Part shown: positions 11,969-26,103 of the stretch, in pieces
Position numbering within the stretch: the first letter of the stretch is position 1
Layout of the letters: the number at the start of each line of letters is the position of its first letter
Assembly (NCBI GenBank): GCA_001643675.2
Contig: LSRY02000028.1
Location: forward strand, 62,001 to 126,000
DNA: 64,000 nucleotides
Direction of reading: 5' to 3'
From: Monocercomonoides exilis PA203
Lineage: Eukaryota > Protista > Preaxostyla
Made by a program: the position numbers and the translations under genes
The notes under the pieces: model-generated
Databases searched by the model: none
What the model saw: only the letters and a program-made list of their open reading frames with translations
What the model was told of the DNA's origin: nothing

Positions 11969-14900
11969 TTATTTCCTTTTTGGAATGAACCGTTCGTGAA
12001 GATCAAGAAACGTAACAAGATGAACAATTCCCATTTCCACAGCAGACTGAAATAATTCAAAAATATTAGTTAAAGAAAGAAGTCTTTTAAATAAAAATCA
12101 AAATAACAAAAAAGCACACAAGTTTCAGCAACTCTCCCATGAGTTCATTTATTCGTGTGTTAATTTTCATCTCGCAATCTGTTATGATTTGGATGAAAGT
12201 AGGATTGCTATCTAATGGAACAAGCTTTTCAATGGTCAAAGTTCTGATAGAGCGCGAGGCAATAATAGGGCGTGGAACAGACACACTCAAAAAGGCTTCT
12301 GATTGCGGCCTTCGGAGCGGGTCGCGCTGTGCTGAGATGTCGGGAACGGTGTATGGTTTGGGATAGAACTCTTCCACTGCATCGCAGAAGGCAAGACATT
12401 GAGCTTCAATGGTCGTTAAAAGCTTATTGTTGATATAAAAGAATAAATAAGCATTCCAGTGAAAGAATTCAAAATATATGACAATAATTGAATTAAATAT
12501 GTTTTACAAAATGATAACCAAACTGTAATAACTGTCTGATTTGTCATTAATGAATCCTTCAGAATGTTATCGATGAAGTTTGTGTGCCTTTGAATTAGAT
12601 CTTCAATTCTATCAGCCTGAATTCGAGGAAAAAATATTTTATAAAGATTTTAAAACAGTTAAGTGTTTTTTTCAGATTATCAAATGCATACAGTTGCTAT
12701 TCCTTTCATCAGCTCTTTCCAGGCTGGCTCAATCACTTGTTGTGTCGTGAAAAAGAGGATGTTTTGAATTAGGTGCAGAAATGTTTGTCTCAACCGTTCA
12801 CAACGCCCAAACACACTCATTGGCCCTCCAAAATCACTCTTGAGAACTTGAAAAGATATCAAACATAAAAAAACAAACAAAAAATACAGAAATATTACTA
12901 CTGATAAACAAAAGTGTTCAATAAACAAATCAAACCTTTTGTCATTTGCATCACTTTCCATATTCTGCAAAGCCTTCTTTCAACCGTTTTCAGCAGGAAG
13001 ATGTGTCTGAAAATCAGTTGATATTTTAAGAGAGATTTCAGATCGATAACAATGTTTAAGGGAAATGACACGTTGTGAGTAAGTTCCAGTGCAGAAAAGC
13101 CAGATGGAGGATGGGAATCTGGTGGATGCAGTTGAAGCACAGCAACAGAAGGCGAGAGAGAAGAAGAAGGAGACGAAGCACTTGATGATTGTGAAGGAGT
13201 TGACAGTGAAGGGAATGGTGCAGTGGATGAGGATGGCGAGAGGGAATGAAGTGGAGTGTGAAGAGGAGGCGACAAGGAAGGAGAGGGCGAAGGTGTGGGT
13301 GACGTGGAAAGAGCAGGAGAGGGAGAGCGTCTGGACTGACCAGAAGATGAAGAATGTGAATGACGTTCTCTTCGGATAGATGCTTCGTGGATAGCTTGAA
13401 GATGAGCTACGAGAGGAGTATCACTCATGGCACACCTTCGAATTTGCGAAAGAATCAAAAGAAAGAAAGATAGAAACAAGCGAAAGAAAAATATGTGTTT
13501 CATAGAACAATTTTTTTTTTGAAAATGAAGAGCAGAATTCAGCGAAATTCAGCACACCCGTAATCTTCTCTGAATGTCTCGTCGTCTGTTCCTGTTGAGC
13601 TCAGCGCCACATCCAACATCGCCTCAAGGCGAGGAATGCAGACAGCAGCCGCTGGCTTCTTCAGCTCAGATTCAGCCATATCTGCAAACAGCACAAAGAA
13701 ATCACCTTCTGCAAAAAGAAATGTTGATTTTAGAGATCTTCAAAAGGAGAGAAAATTTGAGTAGAATTTTGATTTGTTAACAAAACACAAAAAGAATTAA
13801 TGAAAAGTCAAACTTTAATCTTTGTATAAGCCCTTTTTCTTTAACAATAATTTCAACAAGATCTCGAGAAGCTGAAGCAAAAGCTCTGTTTATCTGAGGA
13901 GAAAAAGAAGTCTGTGGAGAACGATATTCAAACTCTTCTGAGATAATGTGAACAATTCATTTACATCAAAAAACAACGGTCAAAGATCAACTTTCAAAAG
14001 GAAGATGCAGCAATACTGAAAACAAACCGTCCAACTCTCGCCGCATTTTCTTTCCCATTTTAATCATTGAATGAACATATTTTCCACATAAGAAGATCTT
14101 TTCGACATCTCCTTCCAGGATCTTTGGATAAATCTTCCGCTTTCTGAAACTTTTGTTCCACGTTCTAAGAATTTATATAAAATTGAGACAAATATAAGAA
14201 GGAATAAAAAAATGAATTTTAAGAGTTTTGTTGAAGAATATCTAAAAATCGTCAATTAAAATATCTCAATTCCTTCTTTCAATTATTCAAAATTTCTGTT
14301 TCACTTTCTCCCAATTTCTTGACTAGCACAACAGAACATACACATTCTCAATGTCAGTCTGTGCTGCATTCGCGAGAACAGAAGCATTGCATGGTTCGAC
14401 CATAAATTCACGATATGGATCTTTTATGTTGCCGCCATAAACCCACTCCTTTAACATCGATAAATATGGAACAAAAGCATGTCTCGTGAGTTCAATCAAC
14501 GTATCTCGCAACGATATGTCACTCTGCACAACTTCTCTTGTTTGAACAACGAGGATATTTAAAATATGTGCCTTATTTTTCAAAATGAATTGTTTTATCA
14601 TTTTTTGAAAAAATGCTAAGAATCATACTCCGAATGCTTTTTCACTCTCAATGAGAGAAACTACCTTTTCGACTCCAGATAAGCAAGAAAATGATGGTTG
14701 AATTGCATTGTACAACAATTGAAGCGTTAAAAGTCCTTGAATATGTTGCGCTTCCAACTGAAGAACAAATTCACAATATTTCTGAAAAAATTCAAAATTC
14801 ACAAAGGAAATGAAAAACATAATAACGCAAATCAAACTTTAAGTAGTGCATCAAGCGATGCGCAGAATGCTTCGCAAATCAGTCCTGTGGCAGGTTTCTT

Positions 14901-15431
14901 TGAAAGAAGAGTGCTTCGAGAATCTTTGTCTGTATCTTCGTCAATGTTCAATCTTTCCTTCACAAATTGAGACAGATGCATGTACGATAAAGCAAGAGGG
15001 ATAATTCTTTCACAATATGCGGAGATTGAAACATCTAATTAAAAAATGAGTAAATTAGTATGTTTTCAAAAAAAAAAACTTTTTCAAACCAAGGCTTGGA
15101 TCAATTGAAGCTGAAGCTTTTCCTCCAACTGTTTGAAAAGTAATGTACTTTCCATTTATCCCCTTTTGTTTTCAATTTTATTTTCATATGAAAAAATAAT
15201 TTTGAATTTTAAAATTTCTGATTTAAAAAAGAAGCACACAATCAGAACGTTTAAAAAATCATCCAATATTTCTGACTCTTGAGTTATTGCAGGGTATCCT
15301 TGCAATACAATCTGTTCATCCATTATGGATGAAGAAATCAAAGAATTAAATTTTGATGAACCCATAGACAAAATATTATCAATTAAAATTGAATTGTTTA
15401 TTGGAAATGAGGAAATGGCGTTATACGACAT
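11969..15431 (-). CDS. TUBGCP2: Gamma-tubulin complex component 2 (GCP2/Spc97), many introns
   Basis: Exon peptides QESEILDDFLNVLI, YCEFVLQLEAQHIQGLLTLQLL, PYLSMLKEWVYGGNIKDPYREFMV, LELTHNVSFPLNIVI...KYQLIFRHIFLLKTVERRL and RLRQTFLHLIQNILFFTTQQVIEPAW are GRIP1/GRIP2 motifs typical of GCP2. Ends ...LHERFIPKRK-TAA. Confidence 0.85.
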
Positions 15432-15525
15432 GCGAAAATAAAAATGGAAATCAAGAAAGTGCAAAAGTGACTTGAAGATAAAATATGAAGGAGGAAGAAT
15501 CAGCAAATGATGTGAATAAGAAATA

Positions 15526-18500
15526 TCAACGTTTTCCACCTCCAAATCTGGAGACTGGAGTTGCCATTGTTGTGACTTGGGTTCCCTCAGGAGCAGGCAT
15601 CCTTATCATTCCTCTGCATCTGTCGATGATATCCTCTTTGATTTTTGGGTAATCCGGGAACTTCTCCAGCACCTGTTTGCACACATCAATCGCATCCATT
15701 GATCTTCCTCCCTTCATGTAGTTGAATGCCAATCGATAGCCTAAACCAGCGTCTGTTCTCTCGCGCAGCTTCCACGCCACTTCATAGTGCTCTGCAGCTG
15801 ACACGTACGACTGCTCCCTCTCAAGCACAAGCCCAAGGAGAGAGTGCGCCTTTGCGGAAGATTTGTTCAGTGCTAAGCATCTGCCACAATACTCTTCAGC
15901 AATATCATACTTCTTTTTCTGAAATTCACAAATAATCGAAAGATAAGGTTTGTTTAAGAATTGAAAAAAAAAAAAAGAAAAAGAAAAAGAAAATAACAAA
16001 AGTTGATAAATGAACAATCAATATCAAAATTCTTTCATTCATACATCCACAAATATCTCCGATAGCATCAGATAAGCCCTTTCAAACTCCTCAAACAGCG
16101 ACGGCGTGGGAGTGATCGCAGCAATCTCCTTCAGAAGCGTCTTTGTCGTGGTCGCATCGCCTGCTCTGTTTCTGTAGTGTGCAAGTGCCAGCAGCACCGG
16201 CACTGTCTCTGAGACCGGCGCCTCTGCGGCGTGTGAGAAGCGCTCGAGCTGCTGCAGCAGGCCATCCAAATCTCGCTGTGCATCGCTCCATCCAGGCGCA
16301 GGCGCACTCGCGCCTCTTCCGCCGGCGCTGCCCGTCAGCCCACCGAAGAACGCACTCGACAGCACATAGAACTCCATCACGTCCATGTCCAGCCACCCGT
16401 TCTCGCTCGCCATCCCCTTCCGCTTCTTTGCGCCTTCTCTTTCTTCCCCTCTTTCTCCGTTCATCGACTGCTTCAGCACCTCCTTCGCCTCTCTGATCAG
16501 CGCACGGGCTGTGCCCAGCGCATCCTCCTCGTCTCGCGACAGGCGCGGCGCGGGGCGGGCAGCCGCTTCGGAAGCATTGCGCTCCAATTCGAAGTTGAGG
16601 AAGACGCGGACCATTTGAGAGACAGCTGCCACGCCCCATTCAGAGTCACGACGGCACAGGTTGAAGTGCTCAATGGCAGCTGAGTAGTTGTAGCGATATC
16701 TGAAATTTTTTAAGGACGAATATTTATTTATTTATTTATAATCGAGTTCAATAAAAATAAATGAAACATATAAGAATAAAATTAATTATCATAGAATGAT
16801 TCCTATAATTCCAATACCTTTCATAGCATCCAATGCAGAAGTGCAGCCCAGGGGCGATGCTTCCGCTGAGTTTTTTGCTTTCTCTCGTGGCGTCTTCAAT
16901 CAGCTGGGGCACATCGTCCAGTCGGCCTGCTCTGTGGAGAAGCTGAATGGTCTTGTGGAGTGCAGAGAAATGAAGAGGATTCTGCTTCAAAAGAGACAGG
17001 AAACGAGTGGAGGTGGAGGAGAATTCACGCTTTTGGAATCTGAGTTGAAATAATAGGATGAAATAAAGATAATTATAATAAAAGGAAATGATAAGGTTCA
17101 GAAAGAATACATAAAAAAGTGCAAAATCATTTGCATAGATTAGGAAAAAAAAGGAATAATCTTTTCAACCAAAAATTCTATCAAATCACACTTTATATCA
17201 GCCAGCATCAGCAGTGCCTCTTCATTATTCTGCTTCAGCCTCAGCAGATGTTCGCAGCGCTGTTCACACTCATCCAAGTTGTTCCCATCGAGTGACAGTC
17301 TTGCAAGTGACAGAAGCGCCTCTTCGTTGTTCTCTTCGTAGTTGAGCACGTCCCGCAGCATCCGAATCGCCTGCTCTTTCTCCCCTTGTAATGACAAGAT
17401 ATCTGCCTTTGCTGAACACAGCACAGCCATCACGTGCCTCTCCTGCTGCAGCAGATCCGCCCCTGTCATCATCATCATCATTCCCCCTGCCCCTCCTCCT
17501 GATGCCCCAGACACTGCCACAGGCACAGAAGACACAGAAATCGTGCGCAGATGCTCCAAAAGCGCATTCTGCTGCATCAGCGCCCTGTCGAGATCGACAA
17601 TCGCCTGCGACACGCTGTTCCCTGCGCGGTGGATGCAGCACAGCATGTACAGATCAGCCACAGAGTTCTGCGTCAGCTCCACAGAAATGTTCTCCCTTCC
17701 TCCACTTCTCCCATCTGCTTTAGACCCTTCCCCTGCAATCACCCCCGTTGATGTTCCACTTCCTCCTCTCCCACTCGCCGCCAGCTCGCGCGCCTTCTTC
17801 ATCCCGCTCACCATCACCTCCTCTGCCAATGAGTAGTTCTTCAGCTTCATCTGCAGACTCGCCAGCTCTCTTCTCAAAGGTCCCGATGCAGGGTGCTTCT
17901 GTACCACATCCTCGTAAAATGCAATGGCCTTCTTGAAATAGTGCAGCGAGATCAGAACTCGCCCGATCTTCGAGCACAGCGCTTCTTCATTCAGCCCAAT
18001 GGCACCCAGGTCTTCCTGCGCAGCAGCGGCGATGTTGTCTGCCTGGGAGACAGAAGTTGAGTGGATTCTTTGTTGCACATCGCTCATGTCATCGTCGTCT
18101 TCGCCAATGAAATCTTCATCCTCATCTTCATCGTCATCTGGATTGACTCCATCAAAGTCATCGTCCATCTCTTCCTCCACCAGCTCTTCGACTTCCTCGT
18201 CTGGCTTGTCAAAGTCATCCGAATGCACAATTCTCTTCCTCACCACCATCTGCGTCCGCTTTTGCCCTGGCAATGCAATGTGTGTGACTGCAGATACCGC
18301 TTTCCCATCTTTCCTTCTCTTCGCTCCCTCTTTCATCATCCTCCTCCCCATCCGTTCTGCCTGCTGAGCATCTGCACCACCCTGCAGTTGCTTCAGTGCT
18401 AACATCAGCGAGTCAAGTGCCTTCTCCACATCGCCCACTCGCAACAAGGCATCTCCTAACTGAACAAGTGCAGCACATGAGCCCTTTCGAGAGGAGGAGG

Positions 18501-21361
18501 CAGAAAGAGCGCGATGAACAGAGAGAAATCCTTCTCTGTTTGAAAAAAAGAATTAAAGAAATGAAGAAAGAAATTGCCAAATTAAATGAAAATCAATCTT
18601 TTTATAAAGAAGAAAAAAGAAAGAAAGAAAAGACTCATTCACACTTATCTCCCTTGTGCACGAGCAGCACGTCAGCCAGCTTCATCTGTGCCTGTCTGTA
18701 TGAAGGATTGTCCTTAGGAATCGACTGCAACAGGCCGATGCAGGACGAAATGTCGCCTTTCATCAGAAGCGCATTAGCAGTTGCCAAAGTGATGGTGATC
18801 TCTTCTGGGGTGGATTGGAGCTCCACTCGCGCTTCTTCCAAATAGCGGAAGCATTCACTCTGAATGATAAATGAGGTGTTTTTGATGAGGAAATAAGCAA
18901 ATAGCATTTTAAATAAAAAATAAAAATAAAACAAATTGGATTATTCAAAGGATAAATTGGATAAAAATATCAATTTTTAAATAAGAATCACACCCATTCC
19001 CCTTTCCTCGCATGGAAGTTCGCCAGTTCTGTGTATAGAACTGCCTTGTCAGATGCCTCCACCTGCACATCTCCTCCTTCTCTCCTCGTCTTCCCGTCGA
19101 GTGCTCCGCCCATCCCAGTCGATCTGAACCCTGCCATGTTCAGTGTCGACAGAAGCAGCTGTTTCCCTTCCTCAGCTGCTGACTGAACAGATGAAGCAGA
19201 CGCAGACGCAGAAGAAGAGGCAGAAACTCCGATTGGAGCACTCCTCAACAGCAGCTGCCCACTCAGAATGCGATACGACGGCTCATCTCTGATAGCAAAG
19301 TTGCGTGCCATCGCCTCTTCCATCCGCTGCTTGGCTCCGTCGATGTCGCCAGACTCCATCGCAATCCGCGCTAATAGCATAGATGCCTCAACAAACCCGC
19401 TCTCAATCTTTTCGCCACCAAATCCTGCTTTCCCTCCAAGTTTTCCTGCACTTTTCCCTTTCCCTCCACTTCTTCCTCCTCTTCCTCTCCCTCCTCTCAC
19501 GTCTTTCTCTTCCACATCATCCAAATCCACCTCCTCTTCCTCCAAGCACGTCAGCAGCACTTTCTGTGCCTCTGCGAACTTACCGCACAAATAGCACACT
19601 TTACCGAGTAAGAAAAGAGCGTCGCGGAATCTGGGTGCATGTGCTGTGAGCATCCGCAGCACAGCTGCCAGGCGAGAGAGAATTGGAGGCGGCGTGTTGT
19701 CCTGCGGAATGGGCTGTGAGGAAAGATGGGTGAGGATTGTGCGGGCGATGCGGATGAGGACAGCGGGATCGAGTAAAGAGAAGAACTGAGGAGATGGGGG
19801 TACAGATGAGATGGAGAAAGTGGCTGCGGAGATGTTGCTGCGGTAGTGGGAGATGTGAGGGAAGACGGGAGTCAGCTGATGTACAAGCGCTTGGTTGAGC
19901 ACATGAAGGCATTTGCTTCTGCAATTTCATAACAAAAATAACAATAATAAATTTTAATGTTTTAAATGATTGATATGAATGTCACACCTGTCTTTCTCCT
20001 TTTCCCACAGATATCTCGCATGTAAATAGAGTGGAACAGCTGCCATCTCGGACGCGTCGTGTGTGTCCAAATAGAACTGCAGCTGGTCTCCTGCGTCTTC
20101 TGTGTTGCCTTTCTCAATCATGCACCAGATCGTCCCACAAAGCGCATCCACATCGCTCGCATTTGCTTCGAGCGCCTGCGAAAATAGCGAAGACGCCCAG
20201 TTCGCATCACCCGAGTACAACGCAGCTCTGCCCATCTCATTCAGAAACGCTGCCACATTCACACCGGCGCCTGGCAGCATCGCCTGAAATGACGGCATAA
20301 GGCGCTGGCAGCCGCTCAGAATCTCCTGCAGGACGGGCTGGATGCTGTGACCGAGCGAAATCAGAGGGCGGATGATCGAGGCGAGTGTGTGTGGGGCGAG
20401 CTGGTGTGTCTGCTGGAATGCGTTGAAGAGCTCGCTGATGTAGCGGACGGTGGAGCGGTCGTTGGGCGCGTGGGTGAGGAAGTAGAGGCAGACTGTGGAG
20501 AGCGCTGGGATGCAGCTGGGGTCGTTGCGCAAGATCTCCTGTGCCTCGTCGAGCGAATGACTCCACTCAGTCACGTTCATCGAGAGGCGCATCCGCTCGA
20601 TGTAAACAGGAAGGAATGTCCGAATCTTCACACTTGCTTGTGAGAGGATGTTAGTTGCCTCGTTAAACAGCTTTTCTTTAATATAGATTTGTACCAAGCA
20701 AAGCATGGCATCTTCATTTTGCTCCCTTTCCCACATCTGCTTCAATATTTCCTGAGTATCTCCAAATAGACTCGTTCCTTCTGTTCTATTTTCACTTGCA
20801 ATGCACCATCCTTCGAGAAGGGTAGCAGCTTTCGAGGTTGGATTCTTTTGCCTCGCCTAGAAAAACAAAATAATGAAAGAAAAAATCCTTCAAGCAAGAA
20901 AACTCATTCACCTTTATTGAGTATTCCTTTGCTCTATCCAGCTTATTCAGAAGGAAACACAGCATTCCACCAAGTGCGAATGCTTCGTCATTGCACTTTG
21001 TTTCAGTTGTTCGAATTGTTTCTTCAATATCATTCATTAGCTTTTGCCCTAAAAATTTCTGTAAATTTTTTCATAAAATATTATTTTTACAACCTCTTGA
21101 TTCTGCATGTGATTGAAGCTCTTCAACAAGCAAGCAAGCAGCAAGTCTTGTTTTCTCGAAATTTGCCAATTTTATAAGCATGTTGTTTGCTTCAATGAAA
21201 ACGCCTTGCTGTGACAAAACAAAAGCCTTCCAAAAATTCAGAACTGGATCGTTTTGTCCACCTCGTGTGACCTCTTCAATCAACACATTTGCGGTTCCAT
21301 ATAATCCATTTCGCAAATAATACAAAATCTGTGCCAACTGATGTAATAATGAATCTGACAT
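15526..21361 (-). CDS. IFT139: Intraflagellar transport complex A protein IFT139/TTC21B (TPR repeats), multi-exon
   Basis: N-terminus ILYYLRNGLY...DPVLNFWKAF. C-terminus KYDIAEEYCGRCLALNKSSAKAHSLLGLVLEREQSY...GYRLAFNYMK...AIDVCKQVLEKFPDYPKIKEDIIDRCR closely parallels the TTC21B C-terminus. TPR-like helices occur throughout. Confidence 0.92.
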
Positions 21362-21664
21362 GTTTTCTATTTCGCAAACAGATTAAATATTTCAATTGGT
21401 AACACTAATAATTATATTATAAATCAGACATACATATTTAGAGTTGAAAATCTATTTTCAAAAACGTTGAATTTCAACGATCACATAACCCTCAAATTTT
21501 TAATCGAACAGCTGTTTATATTTAAATTTTAAATAAATACGGTTATTTATACATATGATGTTGATTAAAATCGATGTGAATATGAATGTGGTCATTTTGA
21601 TCTTTCCGGACATTGAGCAAAACACACATACACAGACAGTGTATATTTGCGATTTTGTTCTTTT

Positions 21665-24600
21665 ATGCCTGAAAATTTCATTAAAGAAGTATGTGATAGA
21701 TTTAATGTAATTTTGCATGATTACTCAATCAAAAATTACATTTTTATTAGGGTTGGCTTAATGTTTATGCACCCGCATCTTCTTCGAGTTCAAAACAATG
21801 GACTGTTCTTAAAAATGATAGAATAGTTCATTATAAAGATGAGAAAATGGAGGTATCGTACCATTGTAGTAGAATGTGAATTTTTTTATATTTATGATTT
21901 TTTTAAGCGACCCTTATTAACAGTGCTTTTAATTGATGTGAAAGAAATTATGCTAGATCCAAAAGATGGACTCATCACATGTATTGTGAGTAAATCGTTT
22001 CATAAGATGAAAGCGAAAAACGACGAAGAAAGAGATTCATGGATGGACAATCTCACGAAGACTTGGAACAATATAGTATGTTTTTGATTGAATTGAATTG
22101 GATATATAAATGTATTGCTTTTTCAGATGAAAAATGCAACTGCAATCAGAAAAAAGCAAGAAGATGCGGCTTTGCTGATCCAAAAAACTTGGAAGGGGCA
22201 CATGACTCGTAGGCATTGGGTCCCTATCATTACGACGCACATGGCGCGATGGAAAGCAGCAGTTACAATACAACGAGCATATAGACGATATTTGAAACGT
22301 AAAAGAAATGCTCACTTTATTGATTCAGAAGGGAAAATGAGGAAAAAATTCGAGTTGATGGATCTCGTAAATGCTGTGAAAAACCATAAACAAAAGCTTC
22401 AAGTTATTGATTATGTGATGGTTTTTGAGAATTACGATAAAATGAGTTCTTCTTCCTCATCTTCATCTTCTGTGAAAAAGAAAGCGAGCTCAAAAGGAAA
22501 TGGTAACTCTGAAGGAGATGGGACAGAGAAAAAGCATGTTGAGCAAAAACTTTTAATAAAACAACGAACTCCACAGAACAAAAAAGAGGAAGAGAAAAAG
22601 AAAAAGCAATTGAAGAAGACGAGCATTGAAGACGACGATGACATTGTGGAGGACGAGTTTATGGCGAAAGGGAGGAAGCGGAAGCCAAAGAAGAAGCAAG
22701 CGCCAAAGCGAGTGAAATATGTTGTGAATGAAGCGTCTGCTGCTGAGGAAGGTGTTGCCGATCAGCTTGAGCAGAATATGGTGTATGGCGACTGGGCAGA
22801 CCTCGAAGAGGCCGAAGACGAGGAAGACGAGACGGGCGGTGGCTGCTTTGCGAGCAGACTGATATCGAGGCCTGTGGAAGAGAAGATCAAAGTGAAGGAG
22901 CTGATCTTCCAGAAGATGAAGGAAAGAGAGATTATCTTTGAGGAGCGCCTGTCGAAGGACGAGAAGAAGACGATTGTGTACATCTCAGCCACGTTCGAAG
23001 CGCTATGTGCTCAGGCAGAGGTGAAAGGGTTCAAGAAGCTGCTGAAACCAGAGTGTGTTGAAGTCGAAGGCTGCGACATGGTCGAGTTTGTGGATCATCA
23101 GCGCAATCGCTACCAGGGCATCGAAGACCAGGACTCGTTCTTCTTCCCCTCTGAGCGGAAGAAGCTTGTGCATGATATAATGACAGACATCGAGGTAATG
23201 CAGCACGAGAAGCTGGGCAAGCTGCGGTATGGCGACTATCTCATCCCACGTGCACTGGAGATGAAGTATATCGTTGCGCTATATCCTGTCCATGAAAAGG
23301 AAGTCATGGCTGCACTCCGCAAAAGCTGGCTGAAATCGGCACGTTTCCCACCGACTGAGATGATTGCGCGTTATTTCGGAGAAAAGATTGCACTGTTCTT
23401 CTGTTTTACAGGGTTTTACTCAAAATGGATGTTTGGTCTGGCTGTTATTGGCATCATTGCCTTTGTCATACAGATGATCGACAAGACGGGGCAGATCGAA
23501 GCACTTGCAGGGACCATCTTCTCGTTCATTGTGTGTGTGTGGTCGGCTCTGTTCACAAAGCACTGGAAGCGACTGGAATCGAAGAAGACATACGAGTGGA
23601 ACACATTCAATTTCAAAGAGTCCGAAAAGATACGCCCTTCATTTGAAGGGACCATCCAGCACTCGCCCATCACTGGAAAGAACGAGCGGTTTTATCCGTC
23701 CCGCCTGCGGATGATGAAGTACTTTGTGACGCTACCACTGTCAGCGCTGATGCTGCTGGCTGCGGTGGCCATCATCCTCCTCTTGACTATCTATGAGTCT
23801 GATATGCTGGCATACTTCCGCTCGCTGTCGAATGTGCCGTTTGTGGTGTTCATTTTGGAGCTGGTGCCTTCAATTCTGAATGCTATCGTGTCCATCCTGT
23901 TCTCGTACATCTACCAGTTCATGGCGGTCTCTATGAACAAGTGGGAGAACTACCGCACTCAGTCGGACTACGACAACTTCTTTGTGTACCGCATTGTCTT
24001 CTTCCGTCTGCTGAACACATATTTCTCTCTGTTCTTCCTCACGTTCGGCTTCAACCCTTTCTCAGACGATCCGGGCAGGCAGCGCTATACATCACTGCGC
24101 ACTCGTCTGATAACAATGTTCGCAATCTACTTTGTTAAGACACAGGCATCGCAGACACTGCTGCCTATGGCACTGTGGGTGCTATCGAGCATGTCCCGCT
24201 GGATGAAAAAAAGGAGCTATAAAAAGAAGAAGGCGATAGTCACACAACTGGAGAGGGAAATACAGATGGCAAAGGAAAGTGCAGAGAAGTCGAAGAAGGC
24301 GAAGAAAGGGAAGAAGAAGAAGAGTTCTTCTTCTTCTTCGTCTTCTTCATCTGCTGCTGGCAAAAAGACGAAGAAGCCAACAGCCCGCTTAATCTCTCCG
24401 AAGCAAGTGGAGAAGCTGCGCCGGTGCAAAGCAGATCTTGCAGCAGAAGAAAAGAAGATGGCGAAGATGCCAACATCGATGGAGCAAGAGATGGGGATGA
24501 AGATCTACTCGACGTTTGAGCCTTACCAAGATCTGGCAATGCAGTTCGGTTACACCACGCTTTTCTCCCCTGCTTTCCCAATTGCTCCGCTCATCTCTTT

Positions 24601-25247
24601 CATTGGCAACCAGCTTGCCCTGCGTGCCGAGGCAATCAAGCTGTGTTTTGTGTGTCAGCGGCCGATTCCGATGTCTGCTGCGAACATCGGGTCGTTCATG
24701 AATGTGCTGGAGATTCTGTCGTGGCTGTCTGTCTTAACGAACATTGGGATGATCTTCTTCCACTTTCGAGAGGAGATCTGGGCAGTGCTGATGAAGGACA
24801 CGCCGCTGACAGAGATGATGATGATGATACAGATTATCATCTTCTTCGCCATCGAGAACGTGTTTCTGCTGGTGAAAGGGCTCATTACCATTCTTATCCC
24901 AAACATCACCAACAACGTCAAAAACGCCATGAAGAAAGACGAGGTTTGTAGTTATTTTTTTCTTCTTCTTCTTCTGCTAATTTATTTATTTTCAAATTCA
25001 TTTTTTGTTTGCTTTTTTTTCTCTTTCTTTCTTTCTATTTAAAATTGTGAATTTGTGTTAAATGATGTCTGAAAAGTATGCAAGGAGAGACATATTGGCC
25101 AATTTGAAGGCGCGCGAGAGAGAAAACCGTTTGAAGGAGCAATATTGTGCAGAGCTGGCAAACTTCCGGTCGAAAGAAGAAGAGAAGAGAAAGGCAAAAG
25201 TGATTGAGCTCAAAAACCAGCTGGAGAAAAAGGATAGCGACTCCTGA
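21665..25247 (+). CDS. Anoctamin/TMEM16 family protein with N-terminal PH domain and two IQ motifs
   Basis: Spliced exons (21665-21688, 21751-21852, ~21908-22076, ~22128-24943, ~25077-25247) give MPENFIKE-GWL...LKNDRIVHYKD...KAKNDEERDSWMDNL (PH) and IQKTWKGHMTRR and IQRAYRRYLKRK (IQ). The anoctamin core follows: YFGEKIALFF, WENYRTQSDY, QFGYTTLFSPAFPIAP, QRPIP...IG. Confidence 0.9.
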
Positions 25248-26103
25248 ATGAGAGCTGTTTATATGTAGCACTTACAATCTCATAACAAATCTCATTACAA
25301 ATCTCACTTCAAAGGTGCTTCAACTTCCTTCTCGCACTTATTGCGAATATGAGACGAAGTTGAATGCCAGGATTTCACGTCTATTTTATTTTTATTTTTT
25401 TATTTTTTATTTTTTATTTGAGTTTAATTTCATTTTTATTATGTGAGGAATTATTTTTTGTCTTCTTTTTATAAGAATATATTGTGATATTATGTTACAA
25501 TTGAATATTTATTTGATTGAATATTTTACATTTCATAAAATCAAAGTTTAATTTGTTTCTTATGTTTTCATTTATATCATCCTTTTCTGTTCAAACTTAC
25601 AATGTCGAGCACAACTTTGAATACACGTATAGTTTGTTTTGGATAATTTTTTTTTTTGAGTTAACTTTTAAAACGCCTTAATGTTTATGAAACAAACAAG
25701 TTTTTATCTTGTGAAAAAAAAAAGGCTGACACCTGGAACATGTTGAGAGGTGAAATAATTCGTATTTGTTCTGATGAATAAAATTCTAAATAGTGCTTTC
25801 AATTTCTTCACATTGTCCTATTTTCTTAGCAGAAGCGAAAATAAAAAATTCCACTATCACACACAAAAAAAAACGTTTTCCATGTTTTTTTCTAAAGTAT
25901 ATAAAATCAAAACCCATCATGGAATTAAGCATGCATCTGAAGGCACTTTTCCAAATAAATCAAACTTCCATAATGTTAAATTTGATTAAACATTTGTGAT
26001 AAAGAAAACACTTAACAAATTCGAAATTTTTCGATCCATATTTGCATTATTATCAAAAAAAGATCACAAAAATAAAAATAGGTGAATTGATACTAATACA
26101 AAC

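Noticed and set aside
16091-20643. Many overlapping 60-180 aa ORFs within IFT139 (similar ones occur in the PDE, anoctamin and giant gene)
   Set aside because: Shadow ORFs caused by GC-rich or biased codon usage in long exons; no independent motifs.
11969-21361. Adjacent GCP2 and IFT139 as a functional basal-body/flagellar gene cluster
   Set aside because: Two neighbours in a gene-dense flagellate genome are compatible with chance; no shared regulatory signal was seen.
25274-25312. Three copies of ACA(A)ATCTCA in the anoctamin 3' region
   Set aside because: Short imperfect tandem duplication, most simply explained by slippage.
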